From NCBI GenBank assembly GCA_035221665.1, contig CM069151.1:29450001-29514000 (forward strand): a stretch of DNA of 64,000 bases. The letters run 5' to 3'. A model generated the notes under the pieces. That model had not been told where the DNA came from, did no database searches, and was given only the letters and a program-made list of their open reading frames with translations. The DNA comes from Okamejei kenojei (lineage: Eukaryota). The translations under genes were made by a program, and so were the position numbers. Position 1 is the stretch's first letter; every line of letters starts with the position of its first letter. This document shows, piece after piece, positions 25,652 through 38,000 of the stretch.

Positions 25652-26495
25652 CAGAAACATAGAAAATAGGTGCAGGAGTAGGCCATTCGGCCCTTCGAGC
25701 CAGCACCGCCATTCAATATGATCATGGCTGATCATCCAAAATTAGTACCCCGTTCCTGCTTTTTCCCCATATGAATGAATGCCTTTTTATTGTCACTATA
25801 CACATGTACAATGAGATTAAAAGCTGCTCCTACTCAGTGTAAAAACAAAAAGGGGGAGGGGGAATAAGGTGCACAGTTTCTGCGACGCTATGTACATCTA
25901 TAAAAGACAATGGATAAATAGAATTACAGTTACAGTACAAATTACAGTAGGTGGATAGATGAAGGTCCGGGGATTAGGCTGTGAAGTCAGTGCATGTGTG
26001 AGTTCAGGGAGATAATGGATTTTGGAAAGAAATTGTTCTTGAGTCTATTTGTCCTTGTGCTGATGCACCTATAGCGCCTCCCTGAGGGCAGCAGGTTGAA
26101 CAGGCCAAATGCAGGATGGAAGCTGTCCTTGATAATGTTCTTCGCCCTGCTGAGGCAGCGGGAGGTGTAAATATCCATCAGAGAGGGGGGAGGGCAGCCG
26201 ATGATCTTCTGTGCTGCCCTAACTACCCTCTGAAGCCTCTCCCTGTCTGCCATGGTGCAGCTGCCGTACCATGCTGTAATGCAATATGTCACCAGGCTCT
26301 CAATGGACGAGCGGTAGAAGGTCAGCAGCAGGTTGGAGTCCAGGTTGTGCTTCCTAAGGACCCTCAGGAAGTGCAGCTGCTGCTGAGCCTTCTTGATGAC
26401 CGCTGTGATGTTATCTGTCCAGGAGATGTCAGCGGAGATAAGGACGCCGAGAGACCAAATTCCTTCAACCCTAAGAGTTAAATCGAACTCTCTTG
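25652..26495 (-). mobile_element. CR1 3' fragment with nested Rex1-like LINE (about 25773-26457)
   Basis: CR1 tail (CATAGAAA)n at 25652. CR1 sequence resumes at about 26458, as compared with the uninterrupted copy at 48168-48512. Insert encodes KKAQQQLHFLRVLRK...FYRSSIES...LLPSGRRY. Confidence 0.85.
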
Positions 26496-26798
26496 TTCCA
26501 TCCTCTAAGTGGTGAATAAATGTATAAAACATTGATACTCCGAACACGGCTTCTGTGTGGCACTGTTAGAGTACTCAACCCATGCCACTGTGCATTCTAT
26601 CTCTGGCTGTCTACCAATTTCCCAACAGTTTGCCGTTAATTTTACGAGGTTCAAATGTAACTAATATTTGGTTTGGAAGGATATTTTCAATGGCCTCTTG
26701 AAATCCATACAAATGACATCCATAGATACCTTCTGATGTATATTTACAAACCTGAAATGTTAATTCTATTGGTTTACGCAAATGCTGAATATTCTTAA

Positions 26799-27072
26799 GA
26801 TAGACATAAAATGCTGGAGTAACAGCTGGACAAGCAGCATCTCTGGGTATGAAGGAATGGGTGACGTTTCAGGTCGAGTTTTGATCTGTTACACTTCCTT
26901 ATCTCTGTAACTCCCTCTCCCCTAATGCTCAGTCTGAAGACGGGTTTCGAACCCGAAACATCACCCATTCCATCTATCCAGAGATGCTGCCTGTCCTGCT
27001 GAGTTATTCCAGCATTTTGTGTCTATCTTCAGTTTAAACCAGCATCTGCAGTTCCTTCCTACATATGAAGTC
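26799..27072. mobile_element. Inverted-pair Penelope-derived module with 16-bp TSD and near-intact hammerhead
   Basis: TGCTGAATATTCTTAA at 26783-26798 and 27073-27088. CTGAAGA-CGGGTTTCGAACCC-GAAACATC at 26934-26962. Confidence 0.88.
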
Positions 27073-28067
27073 TGCTGAATATTCTTAATACATTTTAATT
27101 TTTATTTAAGCTTTCCTGCATCTACCTTTTATATCAATAAATGTCCTCCTGCCTAGCATCTGTACCAGTGCGTCAAGAATGTTGTTAGATTTTTCAGGCA
27201 TGCCAACCTTTTACAAATCCATCCAGGTTGTCTTTGATCAGCCACAAACTTTCATGTGTTCTGTCTCCATCCTGACAATATACTGAAAATGGATGACAGG
27301 ATAACTGGGTTTTAATTCCCTGCTTTCTTTCTCTCGGCTTTCTTAAATAGAAGAGTGACCTGCGCAATTCTCCAATCCAAGTGAATTAAATTAACTTGGT
27401 AGCCATCTTAAATGTAAACGTACACTATTCTTACTAACGATCCTAGAATGGAAACAGCGTGGTTGTGGAAATTTGCCACATACTTGTGCCTTTCTGAATT
27501 TTTATTATTAATTTCCATTCATTAGTTGTGCTCCATGTGAAAATGATGCAGTCAATAGGTTTTGCTTTGATTCACGAAAACCAGACTGAAATCAGACGTA
27601 GTTGTGGGAAAGGGCAGGAGAGGAGGGGGATCATATGTAAGAAAGTCCAACTGGCCATAAGATGTGTCAGTGCAGGAGATGAGCAAGTTTCCTAGCGCAG
27701 CGGGTGAGCGATAATGTTTTGAGTCGATTTTAAGTAGAATACACTACTTGAGCAATCGATGTTTAGTATTCATTGAACTTTTGAAGAGAGACATTGGGCC
27801 TTTTAGATGAGATTGTTGACAAGATTAATCTTAGCAGCGCTGTGATATCTCTGACCCTTTGCCAACTAACGCTGGCAAAATTGTCACAAGAATTGGCATT
27901 GTGATCTTCTGGAGACTGACAGCATGAGAGAAGCGAATTTGCAGATAGAGCTAAGGTAAGAGAAAAGCTGAAGTGCTCTCGGTCTCCGATTGTATCTTTA
28001 TTGATGTTCCTTCCCATCCTCTGCCTCCGTAATTTCCCTGTGCTACTGGCTCTGATCTTTCACTTCT

Positions 28068-30496
28068 GGCACTTCACCGCCAGATGTTCGAGATGTGGAG
28101 AGCAGGAGTTGGACAGGACTGCCACGTCTGAGCACCACGCAGAGTTGACCATGAGGCAGACGCCCCCTCCTCTCCCTTTCCCCGATGCCAGTGTACGGTC
28201 CATGCGGTGGATGGAGAACCCTTCAGGCTGGACCGCTGAGTCTGGGGAGCTGGGGGTGAGCCATGTCTCTGTGAAACAGAACACAGAGCATTCCCTCAGC
28301 CCCCTTTGATAAAGCAGTCTTGCCCTGAAGTCCTCCACTTTATTTTCAAGGGACTGTATTTTCAAGAGTCCGGGTCTCCTGCAGCTGGGGGAGATCGCTA
28401 AATTGCCAGCGCTTTCAGCTGCCCAAGCAGCCTGTCTGAAACGGCACAGATTACTGCCGTTTCCCTGATGCAGGTAAGTTGTTGAGAGTTGTAGATGAGC
28501 CTTTTATGTTCCGGAGCTCCGCAAAAGTCGCCGCAGGCAGGCGCCATCTTGAAGAGACTTGATCTTCTATCTTGTTTCCCAATCAGAAACCTTGGATGAA
28601 CTGTGAGATCCGCACTCTTCTGAAGACCAGACACCGGGCATTCATGTCTGATGATACAGTGGTCTACACAAAGTCCAGATACGACCAGATAAGGCCATCA
28701 AAAAGGCCAAAGGTGAGTTCTGCTCCAAACTGGAGGATGAGGCAGATGTTCGGCAGCTGTGGCGGGGACTGAATGCAATCACCTCCTACAAGGCGAAACC
28801 AGGAGGCAGCTCGGATGTCGGCGATACATCACTCCCTGATGAGCTCAATGCATTTTACGCACGCTTTGATAGGGAGAACACCGATGTGCCTTCCCGAGCC
28901 CCCATTCGCTGTGATGGTATTTCAGTCTCAGTCACAGAGGCCGACGTCAGGAAATCCTTCAGAGGGGTGAACCCTCGAAAAGCGTCTGGACCTGATGGCA
29001 TACCTGGTCATGTTCTAAAAAACCTGTGCGGACCAACTAGCTGGAGTTTTTACGGACATTTTCAACCTGTCACTTCTGAGGTCTGAGGTTCCCACCTGCC
29101 TCAAAAGGGCATCAATAATACCGGTGCCCAAGAAGAGCAAGGTGACGTGCCTCAATGACTATCGACCTGTGGCACTAACGCCTGTGGTGATGAAGTGCTT
29201 CGAGAGGTTGATTGAGAGGCAAATCAACTCCTACCTCGACAAAAACCTGGACCCACTGCAGTTCGCTTACCGCCACAACAGATCAACAGTGGACGCGATC
29301 TCGCTGGCCCTCCACTCCGCTCTGGACCACTTGGACAACAAAAATTCATATGTCAGGCTGTTATTCATTAACTACAGCTCGGCATTTAACACAATCATCC
29401 CCTCTAAGCTGGTTACCAAACTCGCAGAACTGGGTCTCTGCGCATCCCTCTGCAATTGGATCCTCGACTTCCTCCTTCACAGACCACAGTCTGTTCGTAT
29501 TGGTGGAAATGTGTCAGACTCGATAACAATCAGCACGGGAGCACCTCAAGGCTGCGTACTCAGCCCCCTGCTGTACTCACTCTATACTCATGACTGCGTA
29601 GCCGGTCATAGTGCGAACTCCATCATCAGGTTCACTGACGACACCACTGTTGTGGGACGTATCACTGATGGGGATGAGTCGGAGTACAGAAGAGAGATCG
29701 AGCGACTGTCCATATGGTGCCAGCACAATAACCTGGCCCTCAACACCAGCAAAACCAAGGAACTGATTGTGGACTTTGGAAGGAGTAGGATGGGGACCCA
29801 CAGTCCTGTTTATATCAAATGGTTGAAAGGGTCAAGAGTTCAAATTCCTGGGCGTGCACATCTGTGAAGATCTTTCCTGGTCGAGAACACAGATGCAATT
29901 ATTAAGAAAGCTCATCAGCGCCTCTACTTCCTGAGAAGATTACGGAGAGTCGATCTGTCAAGGAGGACTCTCTCTAACTTCTACAGGTGCACAGTAGAGA
30001 GCTTGCTGACTGGTTGCATCGTGGCTTGGTTCGGCAACTTGAGTGCCCTGGAGAGGAAAAGACTACAAAAGTAGTAAACACTGCCCAGTCCATCATCGGC
30101 TCTGACCTTCCTTCCATCGAGGGGATCTACCACAGTCGCTGCCTCAAAAAGGCTGGCAGCATCATCAAGGACCCACACCACCCTGGCCACTCACTCATCT
30201 CCCTGCTACCTTCGGGTAGAAGGTACAGGAGCCTGAGAACTGCAACGACCCGGTTCAGGAATAGCTACTTCCCCACAGCCATCAGGCTTTTAAACCTGGC
30301 TCGGACAAAACTCTGAACATTAATACCCCTCCATCTGTTATTTGCACTTTATTAATTTATTAATGAATGTGTGTATTTCCGTAAATAATTGTAGTCAATG
30401 CCTACTATGTTCCGTTGTGCTATGCAAAGAAAGAATTCCATTGTCCTGTCAGGGACACATGACAATAAACTCTTTTGACTGACTTTTGATCTTGAC
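28068..30496. mobile_element. Near-full-length Rex1-like LINE with inverted 5' segment
   Basis: Minus 28068-28560 holds the 5' end (CAAGATGGCGCC) and APE endonuclease (CFTETWL...GGGVC). Plus 28574-30316 holds RT ([26 protein letters not shown]) and the C-terminus. AATAAA plus (TTGAC)-type tail. Confidence 0.9.
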
Positions 30497-30702
30497 AAGG
30501 GACTGGATGGTAGGACTGCAGCTGAAGGTGAATGTGGGCGGTAGCAGGTCACTTATGCTCCTTCAGTAATCTCCAATTGATGTTTTACTGCCGTAAAGTG
30601 AAAAGCCAGCCGATAAAGCAGGAAGGGTTTTGAGTGAGACGTCAGCTTATTATAGCTTTTTATATGTTATACAATCTCCCCTCTCCCATCTCCCCTCTCC
30701 CA

Positions 30703-31005
30703 TCAGCATAGAAGTGTGAAAATGCACACCTTCAAATTCAGGGACAGTTTTTTCCCAGCTGTTATCAAGCAACTGAACCATCCTACCACAACCAGAGAGC
30801 AGTGCTGAACTACTATCTACCTCAATGGTGACCCTCGGACTATCCTTGATCAGGCTTTGTACTAAACGTTATTCCTTTATCATGTGTCTATACACTGTAA
30901 ATGACTCGCCTGTGATCATATATTGTCTTTCTGTTAACTGGAAAGCACGCAACACAAGCTTTTCACTGTAGTCGGTGCAGGTGACAATAAACTAACTGAA
31001 CTAAA
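30703..31005 (+). mobile_element. Rex1-like LINE 3' fragment
   Basis: FRDSFFPAVIKQLN followed by a 3' UTR ending GTGACAATAAA(CTAA)n. Confidence 0.75.
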
Positions 31006-31276
31006 CATTTGTAGAAGTACTCGAGCCCGTTATGTCTGATCCTACCCTGTGCTCTCGCGGGTGGTTCCTGCCTTCAATTAGTGGAGCCCGACTCAGTGGT
31101 GATTGCACACAAGTCATGTGAGACAGATTGGATTCTGCCTGACCAGAAACTACATGTTATTCTTGGCAGCTCAAAGGTTTCCTGAAACATCCTCCCCCCC
31201 CCCCCCATCATGAAGGTGTATGCGAATGCCCTGATAACTGAGGCCAGTTTTAGTGGCTGGAGTTCCTCTCATGCTT

Positions 31277-31441
31277 TGGTTTGGTTTAGTTTAGAGATAC
31301 AGCATGGATCAGACCCTTCGGCCCACTGAGTCCGTGCTGACCAGCGATCCCCACACACTTAACACTATCCTATGCACACTAGGGACAATTTACAATTTTA
31401 CCAAGCCAATTAACCTACAAACCTGTACGTCTTTGGAATGT
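31277..31441 (-). mobile_element. HE1-like SINE 3' half
   Basis: Matches the 3' half of the copy at 22906-23213. Confidence 0.8.
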
Positions 31442-31959
31442 CTTTGCCACGAAAAGTGCAGCACAACACAAGCAGGTAAAGAAATGGAGAATTTACAAAA
31501 TAATAAATTAAAATCTATGGGCAGCACGGAGATGCAGCAGGTAGTGCTGCTCTTGCCTAAAGACTTTAATTTACAATTTTGTAGATTCACCATTTCTTTA
31601 CATATTAATGACCATATGCGAATTCCTCCAGGCCCTTCAACTTTCCCCCATGTCTCGTGTCGTACTAGTTGTTAGGTTGATCAGCGACTGTTCCTCCCCT
31701 TGGTGCGGGACTCGAGGCATGTGAGAGAAAATAGGTTACAGGGACATAAGTGAGGCAATGGCATGGGTCTGAGTGCTGGCATGGACTCAATATTACTCAC
31801 TGGTCACCTTTGCATTGTTAAAAATATGAGAAAACAATCTGGGCTGCATCTGTGAGAATCTGAAGCTGAAATGTAAGTTTGAAATCCTGTTTGGTTGTAA
31901 AATGGGCAATATCAGAATCGGCTGCCTGACACCCACTTTGACTTACCATTGTTGATTAA

Positions 31960-32420
31960 ATATAGAAAATAGTGGCGATACAGCACAGGAACAGGCCCAC
32001 AATGTTTGTACCGAACATGATGCCTTGTTAAACTGACCTCATCTGCTGCTACATGATTCCTTTATTCCGTGCACGTCCATGTGTCTATCTAAATTCTTCT
32101 TAAACACCACTATCGTATATGTCTCCACCACCACCCCTGGCAATGCGTTCCAGGCCCCCGCCAATCTGTGTAAAAAACGCCCCACACATCTCAATTAAAA
32201 TTTCCCTCTCTCACCTTGAAGATATGCCCTCTAGTGTTGGACATTTCCAACCTGGGGAAAAAGGTTTTGACTGTCTACCCTGTCTATGCCTCTCATAACT
32301 TCACAAGTCTCTCTTCAACCTCTGACTTTCCAGAGAAAGTAATCCAGATTTATTCAACCTCTCTCTGTGGCTGAAACTCTCTAATCCAGGTAGCATTCTG
32401 GTAAACCTCCTCTGCATCCT
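31960..32420 (-). mobile_element. Older CR1 3' fragment
   Basis: Reverse complement resembles the CR1 ORF2 end (AWNALPG) and 3' UTR. Confidence 0.7.
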
Positions 32421-32548
32421 ATATAAGGATCTATTAAAAAAGTTTAATGATTGAATTGGTGCATATTAACCGCTTTACACCTGTCAGAGTGTGTTGGAGA
32501 TAAATCTCTAATAATTGGAAGAGCCTAATTTCCTAGGTAAGGCCACTT

Positions 32549-33857
32549 AACCATATAACCATATAACAATTACAGCACGGAAACAGGCCCTCTCGGCCCT
32601 TCCAGTCCGTGCCGACCATTTGTTTTCCCCTAGTCCCATCTACCTACACTCAGACCATACCCCTCCATTCCCTTCACGTCCATATACCTATCCACTTTAC
32701 TTTTAAATGTTAAAATCGATCCTGCCTTCACCACTTCTGCTGGAAGCTCATTCCACACAGCCACCACCCTCTGAGTAAAGAGGTTCCCCCTCATGTTACC
32801 CCTAAACTTCTGTCCCTTAATTCTCATGTCATGCCCTCTTGTTTGAATCTTCCCTACACTCAATGGGAAAAACGTATCCACGTCAACTCTGTCTATTCCT
32901 TTCATCATTTTAAAGACCTCTATCAAGTCCCCCCTTAACCTTCTGCGCTCCAAAGAATAAAGACCTAACTTGTTCAACCTTTCTCTGTAACATAGTTGCT
33001 GGAACCCCGGCAACATTCTAGTAAATCTCCTCTGTACTCTCTCTATTTTGTTGACATCTTTCCTATAATTAGGCGACCAAAATTGTACACCATACTCCAG
33101 AATTGGTCTTACCAATGCCTTGTACAATTTTAACATTACTTCCCTACTCCTATATTCAATGCTCTGATTTATAAAGGCCAGCACACCAAAGGCTTTCTTT
33201 ACCACCCTATCTACATGCGATTCCACCTTCAGGGAACTATGCACAGTTATTCCTAGATCCCTCTGTTCCACAGCATTCCTCAATTCCCTACCATTTACCA
33301 TGTACGTCCTATTTTGATTTGTCCTGCCAAGATGTAGCACTTCACACTTAACAGCATTAAACTCCATCTGCCATCTTTCAGCCCACTTTTCCAAATGGCC
33401 CAAATCTCTCTGTAGACTTTGAAAATCTACTTCGTTATCCACAACACCACCTATCTTAGTATCATCTGCATACTTACTTATCCAATTTTCCACCCCGTCA
33501 TCCAGATCATTGATGTACATGACAAACAACAGTGAACCCAACACAGATCCCTAAGACACCCCACTGGTCACCGGCTTCCAACCTGACAAACAGCCATCCA
33601 CCATTACTCTCTGACATCTCCCACTCAGCCATCGTTGAATCCATCTTGCTACTCCGCCATTAACACCCAAAGATTGAACCTTCTTAACCAACCTTCCATG
33701 GGGAACCTTGTCAAAGGCCTTACTGAAATCCATATAGACAACATCCACTGCTTTACCCTCATCAATTTCCCTAGTGACCGCTTCAAAAAATTCAAGAAGG
33801 TTTGTCAAACATGACCTTCCAGGCACAAATCCATGTTGACTGTTCCTGATCAGACAC
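32549..33857 (-). mobile_element. CR1 LINE, 5'-truncated, with RT domain
   Basis: SQHGFVPGRSCLTNL...[12 protein letters not shown]...GVS*GSVLG...YINDL...KYADD...WD*. One in-frame stop at 33551-33553. (ATGGTTAT)n tail. Confidence 0.95.
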
Positions 33858-33997
33858 TTCTGTTCTGTGAATGCCATAAACATTTTTCTTGCTTATTAGT
33901 GCTTTACTTTTTCTTTCTAAAATTTTTACTTATAAAAGTAAAAATATAGAAATTCAATTAGTGGAGCCTGTAAAGTAAGGCATTGAAGGATTGTTAA

Positions 33998-34607
33998 GTT
34001 ACATGTAACAGCACAAAATGAAAAGAAAACTATTGTGAGCAATATAATAAACGAGAGAAAAAAAAGGTTCAGTGTGTGTATATATGCNNNNNNNNNNNNN
34101 NNNNNNNNNNNNNNNNNNNNNNNNNNNNNNNNNNNNNNNNNNNNNNNNNNNNNNNNNNNNNNNNNNNNNNNNNNNNNNNNNNNNNNNNNNNNNNNNNNNN
34201 NNNNNNNNNNNNNNNNNNNNNNNNNNNNNNNNNNNNNNTATGTTTATATACATGCACATATACACACATACGCACACATACGTACATGCAGACACACACA
34301 GAAACAAGCAATGGTAGTGCAATAATAATAATAATCATAATAATAGTCTATTGTAGTTCGGAGCTTATTTGAGGTTGTAATGTTTAATAGCCTGATGGCT
34401 GTAGGGAAGAAACTGTTCCTGTACCTGGACTTTACAGTTTTCAGGCTCCTGTACCTTCTTCCCAATGGCAGGGGTGAAATGAGTGTGTGGCCAGGATGGT
34501 GTGTGTCTCTGATGATGCTGGCTGCCTTTTTGAGGCAGCGATTCCAATAAATCCCTTCGATGGTGGGGAGGTCAGGGCCGGTGATGCAGTGGGCAGTGGT
34601 CACAACG
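33998..34607 (-). mobile_element. Rex1-like LINE 3' fragment spanning the assembly gap
   Basis: CLKKAASIIRDTHHPGH...GRRYRSL...SFFPTAIRLLN; CA/TA-rich microsatellite in the 3' UTR. Confidence 0.82.
34088..34238. other. Assembly gap (151 N)
   Basis: Run of N flanked by TA/CA-rich microsatellite. Confidence 0.99.
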
Positions 34608-34789
34608 TGAAGCTTGTGGTTCCAGCCTTTTAAGTGCTAATTGATACTGGTATCATTGATTAATGTTTGAAATATCTTTTTCAATTCAGCTTTCCCAAAT
34701 TATTAGTGTGAGGAATTCATCTTTGCTCAGGCTCTTAACATGCATGAGTATATCGGCCACTTGCCCCTTGAGGTTTTGGCTCTGATCCC

Positions 34790-35007
34790 TGTTGTGAGGT
34801 AAATGAAACTTTCACTACTTGTAATTTACTTAACTTTATTTAAGCTTTAAGCAACTTATTTCTTTAATACATTACTCAGAAACGTCTGGCAAACATGGCT
34901 GATTCCGCAGGCCTTTCCCGCCCGAAATACTTTGCACATGCACACACTCCGGGAATGTCCTGCGCATGCGCACACTCTAGAAGAACCACGCACATGCGCC
35001 CACTTCA
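34790..35007 (-). repeat. 3' LTR (218 bp)
   Basis: Matches 40607-40832 apart from 5 substitutions and one 8-bp indel counted by eye. Preceded on minus by the purine tract AGGAGGGGAGAA. Confidence 0.96.
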
Positions 35008-35021
35008 TTCTCCCCTCCTAT

Positions 35022-38000
35022 TTATAAGTTGAGACGGTCAGGAGGTTTAATACATCTTGATGACCGTCGCAGAACTGGAGCTTCAGGAGGTAATGGCGTT
35101 TCAATAGCTGGTGGTACATATATTGCTTGGTCATCAACTTCACTCATTGTTATTTAGATTTACAATTTTAGAATTTCTTATAGAAGCTTCCATAGGGGAT
35201 GCTGGAAGTGTTGGAGGAAGTTCTCGATTAGTGTTATCAAGAAGTGACAGAGCTGATGGAGAAGACGGACATGGTGCAAGGTCATGAAGTGAGACAGTTG
35301 ACTGGCGTCCATCCTGATACTTGATAGTTGCATAAGATGGGTGGACATCAGTCATAGACATAGAAACATAGAAATTAGGTGCAGGAGTAGGCCATTCAGC
35401 CCTTCAAGCCTGCACCGCCATTCAATATGATCATGGCTGATCATCCAACTCAGTTTCCCGTACCTGCCTTCTCTCCATACCCTCTGATCCCCTTAGCCAC
35501 AAGGGCCACATCCAACTCACTCTTAAATATAGCCAATGAACTGGCCTCAACTACCCTCTGTGGCAGAGAGTTCCAGAGACTCACCACTCTCTGTGTGAAA
35601 AAAGTCTTTCTCATCTCGGTCTTAAAGGATTTCCCCCTTATCCTTAAGCTGTGACCCTTGTCCTGGACTTCCCCAACATCGGGAACAATCTTCCTGCATC
35701 TAGCCTGTCCAACCCCTTAAGAATTTTGTAAGTTTCTATAAGATCCCCTCTTAATCTCCTAAATTCCAGAGAGTATAAACCGAGTCTATCCAGTCTTTCT
35801 TCATAAGACAGTCCTGACATCCCAGGAATCAGTCTGGTGAACCTTCTCTGCACTCCCTCTATGGCAATAATGTCCTTCCTCAGATTTGGAGACCAAAACT
35901 GCACGCAATACTCCAGGTGTGGTCTCACCAAGACCCTGTACAACTGAAGTAGAACCTCCCTGCTCCTGTACTCAAATCCTTTTGCTATGAAAGCTAACAT
36001 ACCATTCGCTTTTTTCACTGCCTGCTGCACCTGCATGCCTACTTTCAATGACTGGTGTACCATGACACCCAGGTCTCGCTGCATCTCCCCTTTTCCTAAT
36101 CGGCCACCATTTAAATAATAGTCTGCTTTCCTGTTTTTGCCACCAAAGTGGATAACCTCACATTTATCCACATTATACTGCATCTGCCAAACATTTGCCC
36201 ACTCACCCAGCCTATCCAGTCACCTTGCAGTCTCCTAGCATCCTCCTCACAGCGAACACTGCCCCCCAGCTTAGTGTCATCCGCAAACTTGGAGATATTG
36301 CCTTCAATTCCCTCATCCAGATCATTAATATATATTGTAAATAGCTGGGGTCCCAGCACTGAGCCCTGCGGTACCCCACTAGTTACTGCCTGCCATTGTG
36401 AAAAGGACCCGTTTACTCCTACTCTTTGCTTCCTGTTTGCCAGCCAGTTCTCTATCCACATCAATACTGAACCCCTAATACCGTATGCTTTAAGGTATAC
36501 TATTCTCTTATGTGGGACCTTGTCGAAAGCCTTCTGGAAGTCCAGATATACCACATCACTGGTTCTCCCTTATCCACGCTACTAGTTACATCCTCGAAAA
36601 ATTCCACAAGGTTCGTCAGACATGATTTACCTTTTGTAAATCCATGCTGACTTTGTCCAATGATTTCACCACTTTCCAAATGTGCTGCTTCCCATCTTTA
36701 ATAACTGACTCTAGCAGTTTCCCCACTACCGATGTTAGACTAACTGGTCTGTAATTCCCCGTTTTCTCTCTCCCTCCCTTCTTAAAAAGAGGGGTTACAT
36801 TTGCTACCCGCCAATCCTCAGGAACTACTCCAGAATCTAAAGAGTTTTGAAAGATTATCACTAATACATCCACTATTTCCTGAGCTACTTCCTTAAGTAC
36901 TCTGGGATGCAGCCTATCTGGCCCTGGGGATTTATCGGCCTTTAATCTATTCAATTTACCCAACACCACTTCCCGACTGACCTGGATTTCACTCAATTCC
37001 TCCTTTGACCCACAGTCCCCTGCTATTTCAGGCAGATTATTTATGTCTTCCTTAGTGAAGACGGAACCAAAGTAGTTATTCAATTGGTCCGCCATATCCT
37101 TGTTCCCATGATCAACTCACCCGTTTCTGACTGCAAGGGACCTATATTTGTTTTAACTAACCTCTTTCTCTTCACATATCTATAAAAACTTTTGCAGTCA
37201 GTTTTTATGTTCCCTGCAGTTTTCTTTCATAATCTATTTTTCCTTTCCTAATTAAGCCCTTTGTCCTCCTCTGCTGGTCTCTGAATTTCTCCCAGTCCTC
37301 TGGTATGCTGCTTTTTCTGGCTACTTTGTACGCATCATCCTTTGCTTTGATACTATCCCTGATTTCCCTTGTTATCCACGGATGCACTACCTTCCCCGAT
37401 TTATTCTTTTGCCAAACTGGGATGAACAATTTTTGTAGTTCATCCATGCAGTCTTTAAATGTCTTCCATTGTATATCCACCGTCAACCCTTTTAGAATTA
37501 ATTGCCAGTCAATCTTGGCCAATTCACGTCAAGTCGGTTCAACTTCATCAACAAAAGGCTCGTTCTTATTTGATCGGACATAACGACGAAGCAACACGGT
37601 CCCTGGGCTTGTCAACCATGATGGCAGAGAAGTACCACTAGAAGAATGCCGTTTGAAGTTAAAGAACCGCTCATGTGGAGTAGGATTGGTAGCAGTTGAC
37701 AGTAGAGATCTGATGGAGTGTAATGCATCTGGTAGAACACATTCCCAATGCTGATCTGGTATGTCATCTGACTTTAAAGCCAGTTTCACTGCTTTCCAAA
37801 TGATTCCGTTATACCTCTCAACCTGACCATTTCCAATAGGATGATATGGTGTAGTTTTACTTGTTGCAATTCCTCTTTTAGAAAGGTAGTCCTTTAAATC
37901 TTTCGACATGAATGAGGTGCCCCTATCAGAATGTACGTAACTTGGAAATCCACAGAAAGAAAACAGCTGATCTAAACATTTGATAACCATAGCAGCTGAC

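Noticed and set aside
25987-26547. 186-aa ORF as a novel gene
   Set aside because: It is a chance fusion of flank, CR1 and Rex1 C-terminal sequence.
33999-34372. ORFs spanning the N run
   Set aside because: Artefacts of the gap and the microsatellite.
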